From positions 137,948-201,947 of the forward strand of contig JBBTVD010000006.1 in assembly GCA_038063415.1 (NCBI GenBank): a DNA stretch of 64,000 nucleotides, in the 5' to 3' direction. Below, piece after piece: positions 9,128 to 18,032 of the stretch. How positions within the stretch are numbered: the stretch's first letter is position 1; every line of letters begins with the position of its first letter. Position numbers and translations under genes: made by a program. The notes under the pieces are model-generated. The model saw nothing but the letters and a program-made list of their open reading frames with translations, searched no databases and had not been told where the DNA came from. This DNA comes from Patescibacteria group bacterium. Lineage in GTDB: Bacteria > Patescibacteriota > Microgenomatia > Levybacterales > UBA12049.

Positions 9128-10410
9128 CGTCCAACACCAACGTAGGTAAATCCTAATCCTTTGACTGTTTCAGGATCGTAGATATTTCGTCCATCAATAA
9201 TGGTTGGTTTCTTAATTAGTTTTTTTACCTTTTGCAGATCAATCTGCTTAAATTCATTCCATTCGGTGACTATTACCAGAATATCTGCCCCCTCGACACA
9301 GGTATAAGGATCATCAACAAAAGTGACCTTATCTTTAAAGACTGCTCGTGTCTTTGGAATACCTTCAGGATCATACGCTGTTACCTTAAATCCTTTTTGC
9401 AGGAGGTCTTGAATTAAATATGTTGCAGGTGCTTCTCGGATATCATCAGTATTTGGCTTGAAGCTCAACCCCCAAACTGCAACATTCTTCCCTTTTGTAT
9501 TGTCCAAAATTTTCTGTAACACATTTTCTCGAGCTTGAGTGTTTACACTATCAACGCCATCAAGAAGTGTCGTATCAATCCCAAGCGAATGACCTATTTG
9601 AATGAGGGCTTTCACATCCTTTGGAAAGCATGAGCCACCATACCCAATACCTGGGTTCATAAAAACACGCCCAATCCGTTTATCAAGGCCAACAGCATCA
9701 AGAACCTCCTCAATGTTGGCACCTGTTTTTTCACTATAAAATGAAATTAAATTCGCAAAAGAAATTTTTGTGGAAAGAATTGCATTTGCCGTATATTTAA
9801 TCAATTCTGCTGATGCCAAATTGGTAATAACACGAGGCGCATCAATTCCTTCGTGAAGTGTCACCATACTATCAATTGCTCTTTTTGAGTCTGAACCAAT
9901 AACTACTCTATCAGGGTGGAGTGTATTGGCAAGGGCAGTTCCCTGGCTTAAGAATTCAGGACAGGAAGCAATCGCAAATGCAGCGTCTTTTGGCTTTACG
10001 GAATTAAGAATTTCTGCTACCTTTTCATTTGTACCGATCGTTACGGTACTCTTACAAGAAACAACAGTAAAGCCTTTTTTCAAATGTTTACCAATTTTTT
10101 CGGCGACAGTAAATACAGCAGAGAGATCAGCAGCACCTGATGTCTGGGGTGGAGTACCGACAGCAATAAAGACCACATCAGATTCACTAACTGCTTTCTC
10201 ATATTCTGTGGTAAAGTTCATTCGCTTTGCCTTAAGATTCTTTTTGAGTAGCTCTTCAAGCCCTGGCTCAAAGATTATTGGATCACCCTTTTTGAGGCGT
10301 TCAATTTTTTCTGGAGTATGTCCGATGACATGTACCGTATTGCCCAAATCAGCAAAGACGCTTGCAGTAACCAGTCCTACGTATCCATGGCCGACAAAAG
10401 TAATCGTCAT
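9124..10410 (-). CDS. ugd: UDP-glucose 6-dehydrogenase
   Basis: MTITFVGHGYVGLVTA N-terminal NAD motif, catalytic Cys region GGSCFPKDV, and a UDP-Glc/GDP-Man dehydrogenase family architecture. It is adjacent to uxs. Confidence 0.8.
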   Translation of the reverse strand: MTITFVGHGYVGLVTASVFADLGNTVHVIGHTPEKIERLKKGDPIIFEPGLEELLKKNLKAKRMNFTTEYEKAVSESDVVFIAVGTPPQTSGAADLSAVFTVAEKIGKHLKKGFTVVSCKSTVTIGTNEKVAEILNSVKPKDAAFAIASCPEFLSQGTALANTLHPDRVVIGSDSKRAIDSMVTLHEGIDAPRVITNLASAELIKYTANAILSTKISFANLISFYSEKTGANIEEVLDAVGLDKRIGRVFMNPGIGYGGSCFPKDVKALIQIGHSLGIDTTLLDGVDSVNTQARENVLQKILDNTKGKNVAVWGLSFKPNTDDIREAPATYLIQDLLQKGFKVTAYDPEGIPKTRAVFKDKVTFVDDPYTCVEGADILVIVTEWNEFKQIDLQKVKKLIKKPTIIDGRNIYDPETVKGLGFTYVGVGR

Positions 10411-10463
10411 ATAAGAATAAAACTAAGAATAAACTAATAACCCAGTAAATGCAATAGTTAATT

Positions 10464-11345
10464 TCACTCTATCACCGGGCTAACCTCATGTATTGCATCT
10501 GAAAAAGACCGCATCGTTAGCCCAAGTTCTGTAATCTTGTTATTGTTTAATGCTATATTATACGGACGAGGAGCCTTCCCGGAGAAATATTCTGCGCGGG
10601 TTGTCTCGCTAATCAGTGAACGATCATAGCCAAACCTCTCGGCAATGAGTAAGGAAGCTTCGTACGGAGTAAGACTCTGCCCCCCAACAATATGATAAAT
10701 ACCTTGGGAATCGCTTGTTATAAGCTTATCAAGAGCAAATGCAATATCGTCAATATAAGTTGGACTCATAACATGGTCCGTAACAGCACGGATTTCTTGT
10801 CCTGTTGATAATCGATCCATAATTGCATGAACAAAGTCTTTTTTCACTGCAAAGGCATCCTTACGGAATGGATAAGCAAGCCTTGCAATAATAAATGGCA
10901 AGCTCGACTCACGAACATGTTCTTCTCCTAAATACTTTGTCTGCGCATACCAATTGACTGGGTTACAATCATCCTCTTCAGTGTATCCTCCCTCTGGAGC
11001 GTTTTCTCCGTCAAAAACAAAATCAGTTGAGATATAGATAAATTTTTTATTTGTCGGAAGACAGGCATCAAGGACGTTTTGCGTTCCCAAAACGTTTATT
11101 TTGTAAGCGGAACCATCCTCACCAAGCAAACGATCTGCCTCACACCCATCAACGTCTGCTTTTGCAGCCATGTGGATCAACAACTCATGTTCTTTGTCAT
11201 TGCGTATTGGCCCAAGTGTTGTCGGGTCCGTTATATCTACGCCACTTTCAAGACTAAATTGATCAACAATATAATTCTTAGAAAGAAGCTCTACGACACG
11301 AGAGCCAACAAGGCCAGATCCACCGATCATAAAAATCTTCTTCAT
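10464..11345 (-). CDS. rfbD: dTDP-4-dehydrorhamnose reductase
   Basis: MKKIFMIGGSGLVGSRV...ISTDFVFDG...NWYAQTKYLGE is the RmlD signature (STDxVFDG, YxxxK). Confidence 0.8.
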   Translation of the reverse strand: MKKIFMIGGSGLVGSRVVELLSKNYIVDQFSLESGVDITDPTTLGPIRNDKEHELLIHMAAKADVDGCEADRLLGEDGSAYKINVLGTQNVLDACLPTNKKFIYISTDFVFDGENAPEGGYTEEDDCNPVNWYAQTKYLGEEHVRESSLPFIIARLAYPFRKDAFAVKKDFVHAIMDRLSTGQEIRAVTDHVMSPTYIDDIAFALDKLITSDSQGIYHIVGGQSLTPYEASLLIAERFGYDRSLISETTRAEYFSGKAPRPYNIALNNNKITELGLTMRSFSDAIHEVSPVIE

Positions 11346-11890
11346 AGCTGTACCTTCCCTTCTTTTAATAACGTATTGAGTAATAAAATACCAGCTACAT
11401 GCGAAGCGACAAGTATTTCTCCAGATAATGCTTTTGCAACAGCCTCTGAAAAAGGCATCTTTACCACAGAAATGGCCTCATCAGCATTAGGACTCGCTGT
11501 ACCTTCTTGCACATCAAAAGCAGCAAAGATATAATTCGTTGAACGCATATTTGCTGAGACTTCCCAGGTAGCAATTTTTTCTAATCGACCGGCAGTTAAA
11601 CCCGTTTCTTCCTTTAGCTCTCGCTTTGCTGTTTCAATCGGATCGTCTCCAGACTCAATTGTTCCAGCGCAAATTTCCAATATTTCTTTCTGAAATGAAT
11701 CACGATATTGTTGCAATAAATATATTTCTCCATTTTTGCTTAGAGGAAGGATGAGAGCAGCTGCATTTCTCTCGATAAAATCTTTGGTAAAAGTTCTGCC
11801 ATTTCTCTCTATCTGTTTTTGTACCACACGAAAATACTTAGCCTGATACATTGTTTTTTCTGAGAGAATCCGGGTCGAATTATTTGCCAT
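11342..11890 (-). CDS. NUDIX hydrolase (possibly GDP-sugar/ADP-ribose pyrophosphatase)
   Basis: NUDIX box GTIESGDDPIETAKRELKEETGL. The track ORF extends to 11950 and overlaps rfbB. The ATG at 11888-11890 (MANNS...) overlaps the rfbB stop by 11 nt in ATGGCAAATAA, suggesting translational coupling. The ATG at 11851 is an alternative start. Confidence 0.65.
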   Translation of the reverse strand: MANNSTRILSEKTMYQAKYFRVVQKQIERNGRTFTKDFIERNAAALILPLSKNGEIYLLQQYRDSFQKEILEICAGTIESGDDPIETAKRELKEETGLTAGRLEKIATWEVSANMRSTNYIFAAFDVQEGTASPNADEAISVVKMPFSEAVAKALSGEILVASHVAGILLLNTLLKEGKVQL

Positions 11891-12890
11891 ATTGCTTTGC
11901 GTAATACTCTTGATACTCCCCTGATTTAATACTTTTCCACCACGATTCATGTTCTGTATACCAAGTTACTGTCTTTTCGAGCCACTCCTCGAACGTATGT
12001 TGTGGTTGCCATCCCAGTTCGTTTTTGATCTTTGACCAGTCGACATCATACTTACGATCATGCCCTGGCCTATCTTTGACAAATGCAATAAAGCTTTCGT
12101 CTTTGCCAAGCAATTGAACAATCATTTTGACAATTTCAATATTGGGCTTAAGTTCGGTCATTCCACCGACAAGATAGGTCTCTCCTATTTTGCCTTTCTG
12201 CAACACCAAATCGATAGCACGAGCATGGTCATCAACATATAACCAATCACGAACATACAGCCCATCACCATACACAGGAACCTTTTTGCCTTCCAGTAGG
12301 TTGGTAATAGCCAGTGGAATTAATTTCTCCGGAAACATATAGGGGCCAAAATTGTTTGAACAATTGGTAATCGTAATTGGCAACCCATAGGTTATGTTAT
12401 ATGCCCTGACCAAATGGTCAGATGCTGCTTTACTGGCAGAGTACGGACTACGTGGAGAATAAGGAGTATCTTCAGTAAACTTCTTGTGATCTTCAAGTTC
12501 TAGTGATCCAAATACTTCGTCTGTTGAGACATGATGAAAGTGTTTAATGTTCTTTTTGAGAGCCGCATCCAGAAGCACTTGCGTACCAAGCACATTTGTT
12601 TCTATAAAAACGGCAGGTCCGATAATAGATCTGTCTACATGCGTCTCAGCAGCAAAATGAACGATAGTATCGATTCCTTCCATTGCGGAGGATACAGCCG
12701 CAGGATCACAAATATTTCCATGAACAAACGCGTAGTGAGGGTTATCTTGCACAGAGCGAAGATTTCCCAAATTACCAGCATAAGTTAATTGGTCAAAATT
12801 AACAATGTGATCACCAGGATGTTCACGCATCCAATAAAGGATAAAGTTAGAACCAATAAATCCAGCTCCACCGGTAACAAGCAGTTTCAT
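11880..12890 (-). CDS. rfbB: dTDP-glucose 4,6-dehydratase
   Basis: MKLLVTGGAGFIGSNF...VSTDEVFG...YSASKAASDH is the canonical RmlB. Confidence 0.9.
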   Translation of the reverse strand: MKLLVTGGAGFIGSNFILYWMREHPGDHIVNFDQLTYAGNLGNLRSVQDNPHYAFVHGNICDPAAVSSAMEGIDTIVHFAAETHVDRSIIGPAVFIETNVLGTQVLLDAALKKNIKHFHHVSTDEVFGSLELEDHKKFTEDTPYSPRSPYSASKAASDHLVRAYNITYGLPITITNCSNNFGPYMFPEKLIPLAITNLLEGKKVPVYGDGLYVRDWLYVDDHARAIDLVLQKGKIGETYLVGGMTELKPNIEIVKMIVQLLGKDESFIAFVKDRPGHDRKYDVDWSKIKNELGWQPQHTFEEWLEKTVTWYTEHESWWKSIKSGEYQEYYAKQYGK

Positions 12891-12897
12891 AAATGTA

Positions 12898-13623
12898 TTA
12901 TGCCAATTCGCCTTTCTTTACTTTTTCGGCGATAAAGTTATTTACACGCAGAAGTCCATCAAAAGTTCCAGCATCTTCCCACCAGCCATTGAGGACGCTT
13001 ACCTTCAATTCTTTGGTCTTAAAGTACTGCATATAGAGATCAACAATCTCGATCTCTCCCCGATCTGAAGGCTTGAGATCGAGAGCAAATTCCGAAGCAC
13101 GGTTATCAAAAACGTAAATACCAGGTACAGCAAAGTTGCTCTTTGGCTCTTTTGGTTTCTCAACAACAGAAAGCACATTGCCCTCTGAGTCAAATTCAAC
13201 GACAGCTGACTTCTCAGGATCTGCGACTTTTTTTGCAAAAATATGTCCTCCACTTTTAAAGTTTTTGATAGGATCAGTGAAGTCATCCTCAAAAATATTA
13301 TCTCCAAGAATCATCGTTACATTGTCTCCCTTGATAAAATCCTTCCCGACAATAAACGCGTCGGCCAATCCCCGCGGCTCTTCCTGAATTTCATACGTAA
13401 ACTTTACGCCAAATTCTCTCCCTGAACCGAGTAAATTAAGAAAATGACCAGCATATTGTGGAGCAATAATGATAAGAATTTCCTTAATTCCTGCCTGAAT
13501 AAGCGTATTCAGTGGATAAAAAATCATGGGTTTATTATAGACAGGCAAAAGCTGCTTCGAGGTTATTTTGGTCAATGGTCGAAGGCGTGTAGCACTTCCT
13601 CCAGCAAGAATAATTCCTTTCAT
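12898..13623 (-). CDS. rfbA: glucose-1-phosphate thymidylyltransferase (short form)
   Basis: MKGIILAGGSATRLRPLT...KQLLPVYNKPMI...GDN... 241 aa, short RmlA type. Confidence 0.8.
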   Translation of the reverse strand: MKGIILAGGSATRLRPLTKITSKQLLPVYNKPMIFYPLNTLIQAGIKEILIIIAPQYAGHFLNLLGSGREFGVKFTYEIQEEPRGLADAFIVGKDFIKGDNVTMILGDNIFEDDFTDPIKNFKSGGHIFAKKVADPEKSAVVEFDSEGNVLSVVEKPKEPKSNFAVPGIYVFDNRASEFALDLKPSDRGEIEIVDLYMQYFKTKELKVSVLNGWWEDAGTFDGLLRVNNFIAEKVKKGELA

Positions 13624-13639
13624 AATGTACTGTTCATCC

Positions 13640-13900
13640 TTAGAAATTAAAAAGAAACAAGGACAGGATGAACCCTAAGCTTCCTATTAGGACATATTCT
13701 ATCACAATTTTTAATGGGATGTTATGATGAATTGCATGGTGGAGTAGCCCCCAGGTAATGTAGAAGAGAGTCAAACCTAAAACAATAACAATCTGCATAT
13801 TTTTGTCTCCTTGCACCAAAAAGAGTAACAAAATACACACGCTTGCAACAACGAAAGAGACGCAGTAGTACCAAATATGCTTCATAAAGTCGCTATTCAT
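13640..13900 (-). CDS. small membrane protein (2-3 TM)
   Basis: 86 aa and highly hydrophobic. It is tightly spaced between rfbA and the CAP-domain gene. Confidence 0.3.
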   Translation of the reverse strand: MNSDFMKHIWYYCVSFVVASVCILLLFLVQGDKNMQIVIVLGLTLFYITWGLLHHAIHHNIPLKIVIEYVLIGSLGFILSLFLFNF

Positions 13901-14805
13901 TATAAAATTACTCCTTTCCCAATGAGTATACCAGCAATAAGCAGCGCCGTTAGAAAGATAATATGATCAATGTTGTGCGCCACGATACGCGTTACTTGTT
14001 TACGCCCAATGACAATTGCGTCGATAATAAGTACACCAATAAAGAGAATAAAAATAAATAATGCGATATTTCTTGTGGTTGATTTACTATCAATAAGTGG
14101 TCTGTTTTCCAGAGATGCAACAATCTCTGGAGCGCCTCGTTGTTCGTCATTAAAAGGATTGACTGATGCTTCAAAACTTACTCGAGGGATAGCTGGTGTC
14201 GGGAAAGTCTGTCCAAGCGTTGTGGGTTGTTGTTCCTGAGCAATATATTTTGTGCCAAACATTTCTACCACAAGTACCGTATCTGAACCAGTCAATTCAC
14301 CTGTTTTAATAGCAAAACCAACCTCATTATAATTTGGTGAAAGCATATTTTCTTTGTGAGAAGGACTATGTATCCATGCCGTGACTACCTCAGGAGCGGT
14401 AGTAAATCCACGAGCAAGATTTTCTCCCGCATAAAGATATTCATAGCCGCTATTTCTGATAAATAACCACGGGGTTGTTCCATCGGGAGCAATATGTGCC
14501 CAGTAATTCTTGGTAAACATATGATCAGCTTTTAACGTAGCTGCGGTTGAAAGTTGGTCATTGAGACGCAATGGTGTTAAGCCTTCTTTTTCCCGTTCTT
14601 TGTTGGTTAAGGTGAGAAGCTCTTGCGCTGAGATATCGGCGGTAATACTCAGAACAGCAGGATAGTCACGTCGTACAAGAGTACTGGATACACTGATGAT
14701 GCAGAGAGCAATAACAAGCACAAAGAGACTCTGGTGATGTAATACTTTGGGACGGTGGTTATTGGTATGATGTGGTACAAAAAGATGCCGCAAAAAACTG
14801 AACAT
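13900..14805 (-). CDS. CAP/SCP (cysteine-rich secretory protein family) domain protein, membrane-anchored
   Basis: N-terminal TM, then a CAP domain (GLTPLRLNDQLSTAATLKADHM...WIHSPSHKENMLSPNYNEVGFA), then a two-TM C-terminal anchor. Confidence 0.6.
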   Translation of the reverse strand: MFSFLRHLFVPHHTNNHRPKVLHHQSLFVLVIALCIISVSSTLVRRDYPAVLSITADISAQELLTLTNKEREKEGLTPLRLNDQLSTAATLKADHMFTKNYWAHIAPDGTTPWLFIRNSGYEYLYAGENLARGFTTAPEVVTAWIHSPSHKENMLSPNYNEVGFAIKTGELTGSDTVLVVEMFGTKYIAQEQQPTTLGQTFPTPAIPRVSFEASVNPFNDEQRGAPEIVASLENRPLIDSKSTTRNIALFIFILFIGVLIIDAIVIGRKQVTRIVAHNIDHIIFLTALLIAGILIGKGVIL

Positions 14806-14851
14806 ATAGTAAGGGTAACATAGACTTCACGATAATCTCAATATGGAATTA

Positions 14852-15166
14852 TCACGAATACTGGGGAAGCACACTCTCTCCAATAGGATGATCATTAACG
14901 GGGATCTGCAACAAAAATCCAAGGGTATTCGCAATAGCAACACCCACCCGAAGTCCCGTAAATGACCCTGGACCAGGTGAAACCTGAATCGCCGTAATAT
15001 CTTTTAGTTTATGGCCAGTATCATGCAATAGCTTTTCAAGTAAAGGGAGTACTACTTGAGCCTTTTGCCGATCCAACAGTTGACTGAAATGAATATTTTT
15101 TCCATTAATCCGTAATGCTACCGTTACTTGCTTATTATCTGAGGTATCAATAAAAAGAACCATCAT
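14852..15166 (-). CDS. tsaB: tRNA t6A biosynthesis protein TsaB (short, N-terminal-domain-only form)
   Basis: MMVLFIDTSDNK...QVSPGPGSFTGLRVGVAIAN is the YeaZ/TsaB N-terminal signature at 104 aa. Confidence 0.7.
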   Translation of the reverse strand: MMVLFIDTSDNKQVTVALRINGKNIHFSQLLDRQKAQVVLPLLEKLLHDTGHKLKDITAIQVSPGPGSFTGLRVGVAIANTLGFLLQIPVNDHPIGESVLPQYS

Positions 15167-15194
15167 GGGAATATTATAGCATGCATAAGCTTCC

Positions 15195-15776
15195 TTACTC
15201 TTTCAGGGAAACTGCCCCTTGTCGAAGAATCTCCCACGGCTCAACAGCACAGTTAATAACGGTTGACGCTTCTTTGACAGTACATTCCCCCGGTAGAACA
15301 AAATCGACAAGTTTCATAAGTTCACGATCTAATCCCTCGATGCTATAGGGAGTTTGTTCTCCATGAAAATTTGCTGAAGGTCCAAGAAGAGGCACTCCTA
15401 CCCCCGCAATAAGTGATTGGGCTACCTGATGATTTGGCTGTCGGACACCCAAATTATTTCCTTCCCCCCGTACAAACTCCGACACTTTTTCTTTTTTGCA
15501 AGGAAGAACAATAGTCAGAGCACCTGGCCAATATTTTTCTAGCAAATCTCTTTTTACTTGTTCAGGAATTGGCAACAGATATGCCTGTGCCATAGCAATC
15601 CCACTGACAAGCACGGGTGTTGCTTGTGTTTTCGGACGTCGTCGCAGTCGAAAGAGACGTGTGATAGCCACTTCATTATCCATTCGACAGCCAATGCCAA
15701 AGGCCGTATCCGTGGGAAAAATACCCACACCACCCTGATTAAGAATAGTAATTGCCTGTTGTATTGTAATAACCAT
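15195..15776 (-). CDS. tsaC: L-threonylcarbamoyladenylate synthase (YrdC/Sua5 domain)
   Basis: ILNQGGVGIFPTDTAFGIGC...LRRRPKTQATPVLV...GALTIVLP...SANFHGEQTP are YrdC motifs. The start was moved to the ATG at 15776 (MVITIQQ), because the longer track ORF overlaps the GIY-YIG gene. Confidence 0.75.
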   Translation of the reverse strand: MVITIQQAITILNQGGVGIFPTDTAFGIGCRMDNEVAITRLFRLRRRPKTQATPVLVSGIAMAQAYLLPIPEQVKRDLLEKYWPGALTIVLPCKKEKVSEFVRGEGNNLGVRQPNHQVAQSLIAGVGVPLLGPSANFHGEQTPYSIEGLDRELMKLVDFVLPGECTVKEASTVINCAVEPWEILRQGAVSLKE

Positions 15777-15784
15777 AGTTATAT

Positions 15785-15849
15785 TGTCATCCTGAGCGAG
15801 CGAAGGATCTTGGCTAAAAAAGATTCTTCGGCAACGCCTCAGAATGACA
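15785..15849. repeat. 65-bp palindromic MITE-like element (TGTCATCCTGAG ... CTCAGAATGACA termini) between tsaC and the GIY-YIG gene
   Basis: 12-bp terminal inverted repeats with one mismatch, plus an internal GAAGGATCTT...AAGATTCTTC sub-palindrome. The right terminus encodes the last codons and stop of the GIY-YIG gene. Confidence 0.6.
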
Positions 15850-16123
15850 AAGAGAGATCCTTCCATTCAGAATTTCTAGATTCGATTAGAGAAACTTTTT
15901 TTATTCTTATCCACCCTTTCATTTTCTTTTCACTTGCTATTGCTTCATCTATTAATTGAAATTCTTCAAAGTATACTAACTTAGATACATTATATTTCTT
16001 TGTAAATCCTTCCACCAACTTATTTTTATGCTCATAAACTCTCCTTCTTAAATCATTCGTTACTCCAATATACAGAATCTTATTATTCCAGTTAGTAAGA
16101 ATATAAACCCAATATGATCTCAT
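15839..16123 (-). CDS. GIY-YIG nuclease family protein (UPF0213/YhbQ-like, stand-alone 94 aa)
   Basis: YWVYILTNWNNKILYIGVTNDLRRRVYEHK is the GIY-YIG motif (GIY...YIG...R...E). Confidence 0.75.
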   Translation of the reverse strand: MRSYWVYILTNWNNKILYIGVTNDLRRRVYEHKNKLVEGFTKKYNVSKLVYFEEFQLIDEAIASEKKMKGWIRIKKVSLIESRNSEWKDLSLSF

Positions 16124-16521
16124 CTTTCAACTTCTATAAGATGTACTCGCTCCACATCATGCTGTTTGGCATCAGCCCATTCATACATGATTGCTGGAAT
16201 CTTTCCTCTATTCACAACAGCATGAGGAATATAAGGAGGAAGAGAAAAAAGTGTGAGACCATGGCCTTCTGTTGGTCCCATTTTTTCTTCACGCTTACCT
16301 GTTTCATCTTTCCAGACAAGCACCAAGCCATCAGTTACGGCAAGAAATATTTCACGTCTTGGATGCTTGTGGTTCCCCCCAACCTCACTTGGAGGAATCG
16401 AGACAAGACTGTGGGTAACAGGAGTAAATCCTTCAGGCAGCGACACCTGTTCTATAAAGAGATTCCATAACCCTTGCTTTGTTTTCTTTGTTGGTGTTAT
16501 CCCAATTTTTTCAACGTTCAT
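16120..16521 (-). CDS. cupin domain protein
   Basis: 133 aa with a GNHKHPRREIFLAVTDG...HAVVN two-motif cupin pattern. Confidence 0.5.
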   Translation of the reverse strand: MNVEKIGITPTKKTKQGLWNLFIEQVSLPEGFTPVTHSLVSIPPSEVGGNHKHPRREIFLAVTDGLVLVWKDETGKREEKMGPTEGHGLTLFSLPPYIPHAVVNRGKIPAIMYEWADAKQHDVERVHLIEVER

Positions 16522-16961
16522 AACTTTTCTTCAACAATAATTTCTCGTGTAGATTCATCAATTGGGTGAAACGATAACGCAAGATGTTTCTCGGGAAGTA
16601 AGTCTCCAAGTTTTTCCGGCCATTCGATGACGACAATATTTTGGGTATCCTGCATAATGTCAAAGAGCCCAATCTCTTCAATCTCATCGGTATGTTCAAT
16701 CCGGTACAGATCTACATGGTACAAGAATTTCTTTCTGCTTTTACTAGCATCTGGAAGCATGTACGTTCGTATAATAATAAACGTCGGAGAAATAATAGCC
16801 TGGGTGATACCAAGTCCTTGAGCAAAGCCTTGTGTAAAGGTTGTCTTCCCACTACCCAAATCTCCTTGTAAAGTAATTACTTGGAACTGTTCTTTTTGCT
16901 TAGCAATAGTGCGGGCAAGCTCTTGTGTTTCTTGAACATGTTTTGTCGTATAGGTTTTCAT
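16518..16961 (-). CDS. tsaE: tRNA t6A biosynthesis ATPase TsaE (YjeE)
   Basis: ITLQGDLGSGKTTFTQGFAQGLG...SPTFIII...HVDLYRI. Confidence 0.8.
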   Translation of the reverse strand: MKTYTTKHVQETQELARTIAKQKEQFQVITLQGDLGSGKTTFTQGFAQGLGITQAIISPTFIIIRTYMLPDASKSRKKFLYHVDLYRIEHTDEIEEIGLFDIMQDTQNIVVIEWPEKLGDLLPEKHLALSFHPIDESTREIIVEEKL

Positions 16962-16962
16962 C

Positions 16963-17826
16963 TTAGTTCCCTCTTCTTATTTTATTGTATAGCAGTATAC
17001 CACAACTTACTAGTAATACCGAGCCTGCTAAAAGAAATGGAGCTGCTTTTGGTACAGCACTTTGTATATCTTTAACCAATACTGCAGTTTTTTTCTTGGC
17101 ACTTTGTGATGCTTCCTTTTTCTTGGCAGAGCTTGTACTTACCCCAAGTATGGGTGAAGGATAAAATCTTTTGGAGGTAGCACTCGGTGAAGCTTTTGCT
17201 CCTGGACTGAGTTTTATAAACAATTCATCTGTTGTTTGCGACATATCCTCCTCTTTTATCGTTGGATTTTTTGTCGCATTGAGTTCATTTTCAAGTTTTT
17301 CAGTGGGTGCTGGTTTCTGTGTCGGAATAGGAGTAGGAGTGATGGTAGGTGCTGGCGGATTATTACTTTCTCCTTTTGATGGAGAGGAGAGTATCTGGAA
17401 CTGACCAGTTGCATTAGGATATCTTCCAATGGTTACCTCCACTCCAGAGTCTTGGGTATAGCTATACTGATCAACAATCGTCCCTTCAGCAGTAAAGAGT
17501 ACTACCGTGTCGCTATTGTTGTTAAATAATGAACTTACTTCCATGATAAAGTAATCAGAAGCATAGCCTGCGACACTATTTTCTAAACTTCTTTTTGATC
17601 CATTACCGGCATCATCCATAAAACTCGTATCATCATCGATCCAATAGGTCGTAAGTTGTATATCTGATGGAGCAACTATTTCTACCCATTCTTTATTCTC
17701 GCTACTTGGATGAGTAGAAAACTCATTAATAACGGGAGTAGACAGAGCAAATACCCTAGGTGGAATAAAGAAAACAAATGCAAAAAAGACCCAAATTAAT
17801 CTTTTTAAATTAGCTATATATCTCAT
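16963..17826 (-). CDS. secreted lamin-tail-domain (LTD) protein with Pro/Thr-rich linker and C-terminal membrane anchor
   Basis: Signal peptide, LTD signature (PVINEF...EWVEIV...N), PAPTITPTPIPTQKPAPT linker, and a C-terminal TM plus basic tail. Confidence 0.55.
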   Translation of the reverse strand: MRYIANLKRLIWVFFAFVFFIPPRVFALSTPVINEFSTHPSSENKEWVEIVAPSDIQLTTYWIDDDTSFMDDAGNGSKRSLENSVAGYASDYFIMEVSSLFNNNSDTVVLFTAEGTIVDQYSYTQDSGVEVTIGRYPNATGQFQILSSPSKGESNNPPAPTITPTPIPTQKPAPTEKLENELNATKNPTIKEEDMSQTTDELFIKLSPGAKASPSATSKRFYPSPILGVSTSSAKKKEASQSAKKKTAVLVKDIQSAVPKAAPFLLAGSVLLVSCGILLYNKIRRGN

Positions 17827-17896
17827 ATGATTTAAGTTTAGTATATTTTACTTGGGAGAGTAAAGAGGCTTATTTACTCATATTACACAATGCTCC

Positions 17897-17966
17897 GTCA
17901 TTCTGGCTTGTCCAGAATCCGTCATATGATCCTGGATGCGCTCGTACCTTGCTTACCAGGATGACG
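17897..17966. repeat. palindromic element copy (GTCATTCTGG-CTTGT-CCAGAATC hairpin plus CGTCATATGATCCTGG...CCAGGATGACG inverted repeat)
   Basis: Same TGTCATyC termini family as at 15785. The 23-nt hairpin is identical to 23917-23939. Confidence 0.55.
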
Positions 17967-18032
17967 TTGGCGTAACGTGAATTATTTAGTTTAGCTACAA
18001 AAAGAACGGTGAGGAGTTATACTCGTAGATTA

